Source: Octopus sinensis | Taxonomy: Eukaryota | NCBI RefSeq assembly: GCF_006345805.1 | Contig: NC_043017.1 | Coordinates: 9,548,001 to 9,612,000, forward strand | Length of the DNA: 64,000 bases | Direction: 5' to 3' | Part shown: piece after piece, positions 39,951 through 52,789 of the stretch | How positions within the stretch are numbered: position 1 is the stretch's first letter | Layout: every line of letters begins with the position of its first letter | Made by a program: the position numbers and the translations under genes | The notes under the pieces: model-generated | What the model was told of the DNA's origin: nothing | The model's input: only the letters and a program-made list of their open reading frames with translations | The model's database searches: none

Positions 39951-40429
39951 AGATTTTTCTCATAATTTTTTTTCCTTTATTAGTATTTCATTGATATTTT
40001 TAGGGGTTGTCTGTTAGTTCCCTACTTTTAATGGTCTTTCATAGATATTTTTTTAGGCTTCACCTTTTCGTGACCAAAATTCAACTGCTTCTGTTTCAAC
40101 TAATTTTGAAAATTATTCCATAATCAGCTTCAGCATGAGGCTGTGACCATACTGGAGCACCACCACGGAGAACACAGCAAAAATAACTTTATCATTCATT
40201 AAGCAAGTGTTTTGAACATAAATTAAGAATTGTGAGAAGGATTTATTTAAATCAATTTAAAATAAGAAGTTTGTATCTTAAATTCGAGGGCAACCCCAGA
40301 CAGGTTGGCACCAAAATGGTGAATGGTATTTCAAAGGTATTGTATTATAGTTTATTGGTGTTTTATAGGTATTTATTAGATTTGCTTGTTTTACATGTTG
40401 GCATTAACATAGCTACATCTGTACATATG

Positions 40430-40715
40430 TAGGAAGGTAGAAGTGTTAACAGACACATGTAGGGAGGTAGCAGTGTTGATAGAGCCACATGTAGGGAGGT
40501 AGTAGTGTTGAGAGAATCACATGTAGGAAGTTAGTAGTGTTGAGAGAGAGAGTCACATGTAGTAAAGTAGCAGTGATGAGATAGTCACATGTCGAACAAC
40601 AAATGTGCTGAGAGAGTCACATGTATGAAGATCACATGTCGAGAGGGCCACATGTAGAAAGGCAGTAGTGTTAGTAGTCACATGTAGGAAGGTAGGGATG
40701 TTGAGAGAATCACAT
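40430..40715. repeat. ~32-bp minisatellite (cacatgtagggaggtagcagtgttgagagagt)
   Basis: About 8 degenerate copies. Confidence 0.8.
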
Positions 40716-40777
40716 CGAAGAAGGATAGTTGCTGTATGAACAAGGAGGTGCAGAAATGCAAGTGTTTCGTTACTCAC

Positions 40778-40852
40778 ATAAATCAAATCAAATGTATTTG
40801 GTAGCAAGGCATCGATGAGGAACTGTTTCTGGGATATCTTTGAGGATATAAT
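40778..40852 (-). CDS. NSMF: NSMF-like exon: IISSKISQKQFLIDALLPNTFDLIY
   Basis: tttcag| ... |gtgagt, phase 0 to 0. Resembles human LISSKVPK...IPILY. Confidence 0.88.
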
Positions 40853-40879
40853 CTGAAATTGAAACAGAACTGTATGATG

Positions 40880-41150
40880 GAGTATAGGCGAGTCAAGATA
40901 TAGGAGAGACAGAGTATAAGTGAGTCAAGATATAGGAGAGATAGATTATAGGTGAGTCAAAATATAGGAGAGATAGAGTATATGTGAGTCAAGATATAGG
41001 AGAGACAGAGTATAGGTGACTCAAGATATAGGAGAGACAGAGTATAGGTGACTCAAGATATAGGAGAGACAGAGTATAGGTGAGCCAAGATATAGGAGAG
41101 ACAGAATATAGGTGTATCAGAATATAGAGGAGACAGACAATAGATTGGTC
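40880..41150. repeat. 30-bp minisatellite (agtataggtgagtcaagatataggagagac(ag))
   Basis: About 8 near-identical copies, decaying toward ~41320. Confidence 0.85.
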
Positions 41151-42320
41151 AGAGGATATTATAACAAAATACAGGTGAGTCACACTACAAGTTAGTCAGA
41201 GTATAGATGTGTCAGTGCATAAGGGAGGCAGGGTATAGGAGACATGGAGTATAGGTCAATCAATGTATAGGTAAATAAGAGTATAGTAGAGACAGTGTAT
41301 AGGAGATTGAGTATATGTGAGCGTTGTGGCGAGAGTACGACACCCTCTGACAAGAATTGACGGGACCACTACATATAAATAGTAGCGGTCTGACATAGTT
41401 GGTAGTTCCTAGCTTGGTTTTCGAAGTCCAGCTACAGTTTACAGTTCGAGTTGGTCTGTTGGAAATATTGATTGTTGGTTCGTTGTGTTTTTGTTACTGC
41501 TGTTGTTTCTATTTTGAAATGTCATAAAATTGTCACAGTGTATTCTTTATCTAATGTTGACAATATCAACCATTCTTTATCAACGTTAGATAAAGAATAA
41601 GGATATAACATAAGGCATAAGGATATAACAATGAGACACAAAATAAGGAAGATAGGGTATAAGGTAGAGTATTGTATGACAAAGTATACGGGTGATAGAG
41701 AACTGTATAGTAGAATGTAGATGAGTGGGACTATTCTATGATAGCATAGAGGGGAGATAGAAATGTGAAAGGCCAAGTATAGGGGAGAGACAGTTATTGC
41801 ATAGCAGAATATAGGGGAAAGAGAGCTCTGTATGACATGACAGAGCATAGAAAAGGCAGAAAGCTGTATGACAGTGTATAGGGGAGATAGAGAACTGTAT
41901 GAAAGAGAATAGGGGAGATAGAGGACCGTATGACAGAGAATAGGGGATGTAGGGTAAAGATGAATCTGGTGGAAGAGTAATAAAAAAAGGAACTTTGTGG
42001 TAAAAATATAGATTCTACTGAAGATGACTGGGGTAGATTTTGAAGTATTTGAGGTAAGGTACAAGAGGCTGTGGAAAATTGGAAAGGAGGTGAAATTGTT
42101 GGGGAGGGATGGAGTAAAATGGGGAGTAAATTGAATAAATTGAAGAGTGATTTTGGTAAATTTAGGTGTGAAGGGGTAAAATGGTGAAATGAAATGATTT
42201 GTTCAAAAACACAATGTATCACTTGGTTGAAGAATCGAAAGAAAGATCTTGCAATCATAAGGACAACATCCGAACCGCTGGGTCATACGACTTCACAATA
42301 TAAGTACAGGGAACTCTTAC

Positions 42321-42442
42321 CACGAGCCTTGAGGGTTTGTGATCCAAACTCCGGTGGATTCGCTCTAAATGTTGTTCTGATATCCAACGAGTATAATCTA
42401 TTTCATCCTGATATTGAGAGAGCTGTTCTAGTAGAGATTGTC
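42321..42442 (-). CDS. NSMF: NSMF-like exon: (R)QSLLEQLSQYQDEIDYTRWISEQHLERIHRSLDHKPSRLV
   Basis: ttttcag| ... |gtaaga, phase 1 to 0; joins both neighbours in frame. Confidence 0.82.
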
Positions 42443-42540
42443 CTGAAAAACAATGGGTGCAAGAACAACAGTAACAACAACAACAATAACAAATAGCAAT
42501 AATTATAACAACCATTGTCTTAATTAAAGGAAGACATATA

Positions 42541-42645
<105 letters not shown>

Positions 42646-42680
42646 TAACGTGTCTGACTGATTAAAATTCTATTCATTTG

Positions 42681-42730
42681 TGCAGCTGATGATAGCCCTG
42701 CATTTAAACTGATGAAACGATTGTACTGCA
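42681..42730 (+). ncRNA. Degenerate type I hammerhead-like motif
   Basis: UGCAG-CUGAUGA-(weak stem II)-GAAA-CGAUUG-UA-CUGCA: perfect stem I and intact core. Confidence 0.45.
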
Positions 42731-43020
42731 TCACTTCTTGATATCCTGTTGTTTATTTTGATTATATATATATATATATATGGATGGATGGGTGGATATA
42801 TATATATAACAGCTAACTAGTTTTGTAGATGCCAGTGCATGTAACTCTTGGATATTGAGTCACACTGTTGCTTCTGATAAATATTAATAAATAAGTTACA
42901 CACACACACACACACACAAAAGATGCTGAGTCTAAATTTCACAGTTTGCATAAAAGGAAAAGAAAACAGATTCCATCCAAAAATAAAAGTAATTTTAAAA
43001 AGATTAAAATAATATCAACT

Positions 43021-43268
43021 GTGACAAGGATCCTGGACCCCTTCACTCTGGAGGGTTTGCATGGGGCCTTCACAAAGTGGCTGAAGGGCCACAACAGGTG
43101 CATTGAAGTCAGAGTATCATCCTACTTTGAAAGAGATTAGAGTTTTGTGTTTCATTTTTCCTTTTATCCTTTTACTAGTTTCAATCATTGAACTATGGTC
43201 ATGCTGGAGCAGAAATTAATAAATGTCTCTCCTGAAAACGTCTCAAAACCTTCTGGAATGCACCAAGT
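43021..43268 (+). mobile_element. mariner transposon 3' fragment
   Basis: VTRILDPFTLEGLHGAFTKWLKGHNRCIEVRVSSYFERD* resembles the mariner C-terminus W..R..KCI...G.YFE. Confidence 0.75.
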
Positions 43269-43492
43269 ATTAATTACAAACTGAATCACAAAGAAAAAAT
43301 ATAAACATAAATATATAAATATAGGAAGGTCATCCAACCGTAGTAACTATGTCACAACAAATACTTGAAGCTGGGACCAGCTCCCTGGCAGGTCAGCTCT
43401 CTGGCTGGTCAGCTCCATGTCAAACTGTCCAACCCATGCCAGCATGGAAAAATGGACATTAAAGGATGATATTGATGATGATATATACTTAC

Positions 43493-44082
43493 TTAACACT
43501 TGTGTCTTGGAGGATTTTGCCAAATTTGTGGCATCGGTTGATGACCCTTGACCTTGTGAACTGTGCAGAGGTCGGGTTGTTCTTTTGGACTGCTTCTCAG
43601 TGATTGACTGGTCAGGATTCCTGGAGATTGTCGGCTCACCCATCAAATTTGGCAAACTGTAAGCGGTTAAACCTTTGTGTGGCACCTTGGTTGGCAAAGA
43701 ACCATCGAGCAAAGCCACTTTGTGTGGTACTTTGATTGGCAAAGAACTGTCTGGCAAAGCTTTGTGTGGCACTTTGATTGGCAAAGAACCATCTGGTAAA
43801 GGACCATCGAAAAATTTCAAAGGCAACGAAGAATTAGGAAGGGCTTTCATGGGTTTTGTTGACGGTTTGTTTGAGATTTTAGACTTTGCTGAAATTGGAG
43901 GGGATGAAGATGTTCTTCTATGTGAGGGTGTATTGTCAGGCTGTTTGCTTTGAAGAGTCCCAACAGAAAGCTGTTTCGTACTGAGACCAAAGAAATTTTC
44001 TGGTTGGGGTTGAGGTTTGACATTATGGCTTCTGGCAGGATCATTTTCAAGAAACGATTGGCTGCTGCTGGCCCTTGTCTGA
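43493..44082 (-). CDS. NSMF: NSMF-like large low-complexity exon (196 codons, Ser/Pro/Lys-rich, LPDGSLPIKVPHK repeats)
   Basis: tttacag| ... A|gtaagt, phase 2 to 1; 590 nt open in the required frame. Confidence 0.75.
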
Positions 44083-45037
44083 CTGTAAAGATATAGATAC
44101 AGATAAAGGTAGATAGATAAGGAGGTAGGAAGATAAAAGGACAGACAAAATGATAGCTATGTATATAGATATACATACATACATACATACATACATACAT
44201 ACATACATACATACATTCATACATACACACATACATACATACATACATACATACATACATACATACATACATACATACATACACACATACATACATTCGT
44301 ACACACATACATTCATACATACACACATACATACATTCGTACATACATACATTCATACATGCATACACACATACATTCATACATACATACATACATACAT
44401 ACATTCATACATACACACATACATACATTCGTACACACATACATTCATACATACATACATACATTCGTACATACATACATACATACATACATTCATACAT
44501 ACATACATACATTCATACATACATACATACATACATTCATACATACGTACATACATTCATACATACACACATACATACATTCGAACATACATACATTCAT
44601 ACATACATACACACATACATACATACATACATACATACATACATACATTCATTCATACATACATACATACATACGTACATACATTCATACATACACACAC
44701 ACATACATTCATACATACATACATACATTCATTCATACATACATACATACATACATACATACATACATACATACATACATACATAAATACGTACATACAT
44801 TCATACATACACACATACAAACATTCGTACATACATACATACACACATATATACATACATACATTCATACATACATACACATACGTTCATACGTACATAC
44901 ATTCATACATACACACATACATACATTCGTACATAAATACATTCATACATACATACATACATACATACATACATACATACATACATACATACATACACAC
45001 ATACATACATACATACATACATACATACATACATACA

Positions 45038-45069
<32 letters not shown>

Positions 45070-46431
45070 CACTTGGAAGTGGATGCCTGTCTCTTCTCAA
45101 AGATCGTTTTTTTCAGTGTTCACCACTTCACCTGGTCATGGCTTAACAACCCTCACTGTTTATTTTTACTGTTTTGTTCTCACTGTCCTGTTTTTGTTAC
45201 AACTTTAACCCTCCGCAAAAAAATCCAAAATTTTATCTAATTTGCTTTATGGGAAGGATTGCTTTAACAAAGTCGCGTCTTGTCCTTGCCTTCGAAATTC
45301 AGTGTAGATAAAACAGGGAACAACATATGTATGTAGGAATGTACACATATGTATGTATATATGCATATATGTACATATATATATAGTTATGGTATATTCT
45401 GTAAAGAACATGGTAGAGTACAGTATTAAGCTCAACCACCTTCAGAGTTCACCCTGTGCTATCCTGTTGTAGTATTATACATACTTTTAGGCTTGCATTT
45501 GGGCATCTGTGACGTGTAAATAGATTACTGAAAAAATTAGGAGAAAGAGGAAGGTTGATAGATTGATAAAGACACACACACATATACAGTATATATCATC
45601 ATCATCATCATCATTGTTTAACGTCCATTTTCCATGCTAGCATGGGTTGGACGGTTTGACCGGGGTCTGGAAAGCCAGGAGGCTGCACCAGACTCCAGTC
45701 TGCTCTTGCAGTGTGTATCTACAGCTGGATGCCCTTCGTAACGCCAACCACTCTGTGAGTGTAGTGGGTGCTTTTTACATGCCACTGGCACAGGGGCCAG
45801 AGGAGGCTGGCAAACGGCCACGATCAGTTGGTGCTTTTTATGTGTCACCGGCATGGACGCCAGTCAAGGCGGCGCTGGCATTGGCCACGTTCAGATGGTG
45901 GTTTTTGTGTGCCACTGGCACGGGTATCACAACTACAATTTCCATTTGATTTTTATTTTGTTGTTGAGTTGACATACTTGACTCAATAGGTCTCCTCAAG
46001 CACAGCAGGTCACTCTACGATCCAAGGTTGTATATGTGTGTGTGTGTGTGTAAGCATTTACATGTGTGTGTTTGTGTGTATGTATGCATAGGAGCAGATA
46101 TGGCTGTGTGGTTAAAAAGTTCACTTCCCAACTACGTGGTTTCAGGTTCAGTCCCATTGTGTGGCACTTTGGGCAAGTGACTTCTATATAACTGCAGACC
46201 AACCAATCGCACTTGCACCCTCATGTTCAACTGTGAGTAGTGGAGCAATATAAAATAAATGCCTTGCTCAAGCACATAATGTGTCACCTGGTCAAGGAAT
46301 TGAACCCACATCCTAACAGTCAGGAATCTCACAACCCTAACTGCTTGGCCATGTGCCCGTTGCTCTGAAATTAGTTAAAGAATTAATGGAATGAAATAGA
46401 AATTTCATGCAATGGAAATGTTGCTTCTTAC

Positions 46432-46595
46432 ATGGAACTGTTTCCGAAATTCTTCTCAAGTTTTGGTAAGAACTCTACACAGCTTTTGGTCTTGGCAGAA
46501 TCTTCTTCTGATTTGGGTTTGGTGCAAATGAAAGGTTCTGAAATGGTTTTCTTCAATTGTCTCTCATGATTATTGGAAAATGGAGTGTAAAATAT
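46432..46595 (-). CDS. NSMF: NSMF-like exon: IFYTPFSNNHERQLKKTISEPFIC...NFGNSS(I)
   Basis: attcag| ... AT|gtaaga, phase 0 to 2, compatible with the exon starting at 44082. Confidence 0.7.
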
Positions 46596-46993
46596 CTGAA
46601 TTTAAAAAATGAGCAAAAAAAAAAGAAAAGGATAGAAAAAACTGGAAATAAAAACAGGGACTGTTTAAAAACATAAATAAATTAACTACAAAAAACATGG
46701 TTATGATTGGCAGAATTGGTAGAGCATCAGATAAAATGCTTTGTGGCATTTCTTCCGGTATACATTCAAAATTCAAGACCTATCATGGTCAAACTTTGCC
46801 TTTCATGCTTTTGAGGTCATTAAAATAAAGTACCAGTTTCATACTGGGGTCAATAAAATCAACTATGCCCTCCCACTTAAAGGGGGCATTGAAGCGGGGG
46901 GACTTGTGTCAGGCAATGAAAGGTTAGAGTGTGACAGAGAGACAAAGGCAGAAACAGATGTCTTGCTATAGAGGAGGTACATGGTTACCTGGC

Positions 46994-47042
<49 letters not shown>

Positions 47043-49321
47043 GTAACAAGAAAGAGGACAGGTGTAGATAGTTTTTAATAAATTAAGAATTTATGTTTGG
47101 TGCAAAATATGTATTTGTATACGTCTAATTATAGAGCAGAGCTTCAAGGATCTATAATGGAATTGAAGGTTCATGATACCTGTGGAAAAGGTGAAGTATT
47201 CGAGATACCTGTGGAGTATCACCTTCTCCCATTATAATTATTTTCTGTAGTCTTAAGGATCTGGAACTCAAAGAAGAAGCTTACAAGTGGATGCAATTCA
47301 ATAATCATTTATTTTAGTTCTCGTTCATGTGGCTCCAAAATCACCAAAGAACATGTTTTACCAACATGTTCTTTGTCTATCTCATCCTCTTGGTGATTTT
47401 GGATTTTAAAAAATGAGTCCTTCGAATTTAACTAAATTCTATATTACATGACAGGAATCTGGTTATGTTGGACCAGCCACATTGCTGCATCTGTAAGCTT
47501 GCTGTAAGCTCCATGCAGAATATATCACTCCCAGTGTGTAATTATTGCTGTTGTCATCAATAAAAGACCAATGCAGTTTGACTTTATGTGTGATAATAAA
47601 ATCTTCTATTAAATGTTTGTAGGTGTCGCTCAGTTACTTTTACATGCAGCCCAAGAAATATATTTTCATTTATCAAATCAACTTGTCCTCATCTCAGACC
47701 AGCCAACAAAACGAGCGCATGCGCACACACACACACACTGTTTCTCTTTTTTCTCTCTTTTACTTGTTTCAGTCATTTGACTGTGGCCATGCTGGAGCAC
47801 CGCCTTTAGTCGAGCAAATCGACCCCAGGACTTATTCTTTGTAAGCCCAGTACTTATTCTATCGGTCTCTTTTGCCAAACCGCTAAGTGACGGGAACGTA
47901 AACACACCAGCATCGGTTGTCAAACAATGCTAGAAGGACAAACACAGACACACAAACATATACACACACATACATATACATATATATACATATATACGAC
48001 AGGCTTCTTTCAGTTTCCGTCTACCAAATCCACTCACAAGGCTTTGGTCAGCCCGAGGCTATAGCAGAAGACACTTGCCCAAGATGCCACACAATGGGAC
48101 TGAACCCGGGACCATGTGGTTGGTTAGCAAGCTACTTACCACACAGCCACTCCTGCGCCTATATATATACACATACATATACTTTTTTTTATTAAGGTTG
48201 GAAAAATATTGCAGTCTTGTGATGTTTTATCAGCTTTAATAAGAAAGTACGTTGCTCTACCTTCGGTATTTGAGTACTATTTTCTCCACTTTGTTTTATA
48301 TTTATGTGCATATGTATGTGTGTACACATACATATTTTTTCTTTTATGTTTTTACTTGTTTCAGTCATTTGACTGCAGCCATGCTGGAGCACCACCTTTA
48401 GTCAAACAAATCAACCCTAGGACTTATTCTTTGTAAGCCTAGTACTTATTCTATCGGTCTATTTTGCTGAACCACTAAGTTACAGAGATGTAAACACACC
48501 AAAATCGGTTGTCAAGCAATGGTGGTGGTGGGGGGGGACAAACACAGACATGCAAACATATATGTTTATATATATGTTTATTATATATACATATATATAT
48601 ATGTATATGTATGTATATGTGTATGTATCTTTGTGTTTGTCCTCCCCCCCCTGCATGACAACCATTGTTGGTTTGTTTATGTCCCTATAACTTAGTGGTT
48701 TACAAAAAGAGATCAACAGTGTAAGTAATAGAGTTTAAAAACAACAAAAGATAACCAAAAAAAACTGGGGTCAATATGTCTTGCTAAAACCTTTCAAGGT
48801 GGTGCCCCAGTATGGCCACAGTCCAATGACTGAAACAAATAAAAAAAGAAAAGAAAAGAAAAGAAAGATGAGGGATAGAAGATAGTCACACCGGTGGTTA
48901 TAGGAGAGAAGCTTTCCCCGATCCAATAAAACTGACCAATCACAGACCGGCTGAATATAGAGCAGACACGACTAGAACCAATCAAAAATCAGCTTTAAGG
49001 GAGCAGGCCTTCTAGGAACCAGCAATATAGGCCAATCGCAGCCAGGTTAAGGTTATAGATTAGATTCCCACGGGAGACCGACAGAAGAAGCTGTTTGTCA
49101 AAACATGTCATTACAAGTGATGAAGACAGCATCTCATCGATTCATTTGGATTCCCTCTTCCTCTTCTGATATTCGATCAGTGAGGTCTCCTCTCATGCAG
49201 AATTATTGACTGGAAGAGCACAAAATATTGATGTAATGGAGATGGACTACATCTATCATTGAAGATGAACATTTATTTTGCTTAGTATATGTGTGTGTAT
49301 GTGTGTGTGTGAGGGTCTCTA

Positions 49322-49360
<39 letters not shown>

Positions 49361-49404
49361 TATTATTATCATCATTATTATTATCATCATCATCATCATC
49401 ATCA

Positions 49405-49459
<55 letters not shown>

Positions 49460-49494
49460 CATCATCATCATTATTATTATTATTATTATTATTG

Positions 49495-49692
49495 AGTGAG
49501 AGAGGTGTTCATGCCATCAAAGTGACACTGGGGTAAAATATACGAAGCCCAATATACCCATCATGACTACCCGTCTGATAAAGGTACACCAGGCACATGC
49601 ATCACAACAATATGTGCGCGACATGGTGATCTCATATCAAGATAAACAGCACATGACCTTGCAGGTGGGGCCCAGTTAGAATTTTCTTCAGA
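49495..49692 (-). mobile_element. Probable non-LTR retrotransposon 3' UTR fragment embedded in (TAA)n
   Basis: A 200-bp complex sequence island between two long (ATT)n/(ATC)n tracts; family assignment is inference. Confidence 0.45.
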
Positions 49693-49725
49693 TTATTATT
49701 ATTATTATTGTTATCATTATTATTA

Positions 49726-49765
<40 letters not shown>

Positions 49766-49817
49766 CATTATTATTATTATCATCATCATCATCATCATTA
49801 TTATTATTATTATATTA

Positions 49818-49848
<31 letters not shown>

Positions 49849-49852
49849 GTTA

Positions 49853-49899
<47 letters not shown>

Positions 49900-49903
49900 G
49901 TTA

Positions 49904-49944
<41 letters not shown>

Positions 49945-50337
49945 GTGTTATCATTATTATTATTTTTATTATCATTGTTATTGTTATTCAAGGTGGCAAC
50001 CTGGCAGAGTTGTTTAGCACATCAGACAAAAAATATTTAGTTCAAATACTGTCAGGTGCCGACTTCACCTTTTATCTGCTTATGGCTGATAAAACAGAAT
50101 AGCAGTCAAGTCCTGGGAGGGTTGATCTAATCCACGTGTCCCCTCCATCAAAATTTCAGGCCTTGTGCCTATAGCAGAAACAATGGCCTAGCAAAATCAT
50201 TTACACATCAGACAAAATGCTCAGCGGTTTTTCATCAGTTTTTGCGTCCTGAGTTAAAATTCTGATGTGTAGCTTCCCCCCACCTGTACTCTTCTTTTGC
50301 CAAGTACTTCAAATAGAGAGTAGCCATATTCTTTATT

Positions 50338-51194
50338 AAGGCGGCGAGCTGTCAGAAACGTTAGCACGCCGGGCGAAATGCGTAGCCGTATTTCGTCTGC
50401 CGTTACGTTCTGAGTTCAAATTCCACCGGGGTCGACTTTGCAAGACAGCGAGCTGGCAGAAATGTTAGCATGCCGGGCGAAATGCGTAGCCGTATTTCGT
50501 CTGCCGTTACGTTCTGAGTTCAAATTCCACCGGGGTCGACTTTGCAAGACAGCGAGCTGGCAGAAATGTTAGCACGCCGGGCGAAATGCGTAGCCGTATT
50601 TCGTCTGCCGTTATGTTCTGATTTCAAATTCCGCCGAGGTTGACTTTGCAAGGCGGCGAGCTGGCAGAAACGTTAGCATGCCGGGCGAAATGCGTAGCCG
50701 TATTTCGTCTGCCGTTATGTTCTGAGTTCAAATTCCGTCGAGGTCGACTTTGCAAGGCAGCGAGCTGGCAGAAACGTTAGCACGCCGGGCGAAATGCGTA
50801 GCCGTATTTCGTCTGCCGTTACGTTCTGAGTTCAAATTCCGTCGAGGTCGACTTTGCAAGGCGGTGAGCTGGCAGAAATGTTAGCACGCCGGGCGAAATG
50901 CGTAGCCGTATTTCGTCTGCCGTTATGTTCTGAGTTCAAATTCCGTCGAGGTCGACTTTGCAAGGCGGTGAGCTGGCAGAAACGTTAGCACACCGGGCGA
51001 AATGCGTAGCCGTATTTCGTCTGCCGTTACGTTCTGAGTTCAAATTCCGCCGAGGTCGACTTTGCCTTTCATCCTTTCGGGGTCGATTAAATAAGTACCA
51101 GTTACACACTGGGGTCGTTATAATCGACTTAATCCGTTTGTCTGTCCTTGATTGTCCTCTCTGTGTTTAGCTCCTTGTGGGCAGTAAAGAAATA
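50338..51194 (+). repeat. Family-A SINE with seven tandem 104-bp tRNA-like heads
   Basis: Unit starts at 50338, 50442, 50546, 50650, 50754, 50858, 50962; the last runs into the full SINE body; flanked by catattct(t/c)tatt. Confidence 0.95.
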
Positions 51195-51876
51195 CATATT
51201 CTCTATTGATATATATAATCTCAGTACACCTGCACTGTTAATTGACTTATGGTTCCAGTACAGATGCACTCGTTATTGACTAACTTTCGTGTCATTGTAC
51301 TCTTATTGGCATAAGGTTCGTTAGCATCAGTTACTACATTCATTAGCTACTTCCTATCAAGAAAGGCTCCGTTGCTGGGCTGCGCTGGGCAGGCCTGGGG
51401 TGGGCTAGGCTGGCCTGGGCTGGGTTGGGTTTGCCTGGGGTGGTGTTGCCTTGTTTGCACAGGAAATGCAGCAGAACGGCTGCAGTGGGATGTGGGGGGT
51501 GGGAGAGGAGTCAGGTTAGGGTAGTGTGGTGGTAGTGTTTGGTGTGGGGTGGGTGGGGTAGGGGTGTGGCGAGATAAGTTAAATAACTGGACAATGTCAG
51601 TGGACAATGAATGACAATGCTGACTTGGAATGGAAACTGAGATCAAGTATGTTGAGAAATATGCACGTGTGTGTGTGTGTGTGTGGTGTGTGTGTGTGTG
51701 TGTGTGTACATATATGTTGCTTAATGTTGAACAAATTGAAAAGGTGTGCTCAATATGAGTGGTTAGGGATATGGTTTTATTTTGCATAAAAACCGAAGCT
51801 GAAATTTTGTCTCCCAACTTGAGTTTCATGAAGAAAGGACAGCAGGAGAACGGGAAGAGGAGGAGGTGGTATATAT

Positions 51877-51939
<63 letters not shown>

Positions 51940-52789
51940 GAGAGAAAGGAGGAAGAAGAAGAGTAATGAGGAGTAAGATAGCAAATTAAGACGTGATACA
52001 GGTAAGGAATATATCTACCAAATTGATAGAATGCAGGTCAAAGCTGGAACTCTATCAGCACACGCATGTATATATATCTCTCTCTCTAATCGCTCAGTCG
52101 AAGTCGACTCTCGGTCACTCGTTGGATCAGTGTCCTCCAGTCTGTTCTATCCTGGGCCACTTCTTTCAGATTGGCTATGTCCATTCCGGTATCACTCTTG
52201 GTCTGCCTGAGGTTATAGCAGAAGATACTTGCCCAAGGTGCCACACACTGGCACTGAACCCAGAACCATGTAATTTGGAAGCAAGCTTCTTACCATGCAG
52301 CCACACTTGTGCCTATATCCAAAGAAGTAGCACAACTCTACTGCAACATATCATCAGATAAAAGAATGAGTGTATATCCTTTTCTACTCTAGGCACAAGG
52401 TCCAAAATTTTATGGAAGGGGCCAGTCAATTAGATCAACCCCTATTATGCAACTGGTATTTAATTTATCAACCCCAAAAGGATGAAAGGCGAAGTTGACC
52501 TCGATGGAATTTGAACTCAGAACGTAAATACAGACGAAATATCTATTTCTTTATTACCCACAAGGGGCTAAACACAGAGAGAACAAACAAGGACAGACAA
52601 ATGGATTAAGTCGATTATATCGACCCCAGTGTGTAACTGGTACTTATTTTATCGACCCCGAAAGGATGAAAGGTAAAGTCAACCTCAGCGGAATTTGAAC
52701 ACAGAACATAATGGGAGATGAAATACGGCTACACATTTCGCCCGGTGTGCTAACAATTCTGCCAGCTCACCACCTTAGAATGAGTGTAT

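Noticed and set aside
43847-44404. 185-aa minus ORF overlapping the next ORF by ATGA, like coupled translation
   Set aside because: It is an alternative frame of the large exon; the phase-consistent frame runs continuously from 44082 to 43493.
50338-51065. Regularly spaced repeats as a CRISPR-like array
   Set aside because: No unique spacers; units are contiguous SINE heads; eukaryotic context with no cas genes.
50268-51338. Possible solo LTR (TGTAG...CTACA) hosting the SINE array
   Set aside because: Terminal TG...CA present but no target-site duplication or second copy; not enough support.
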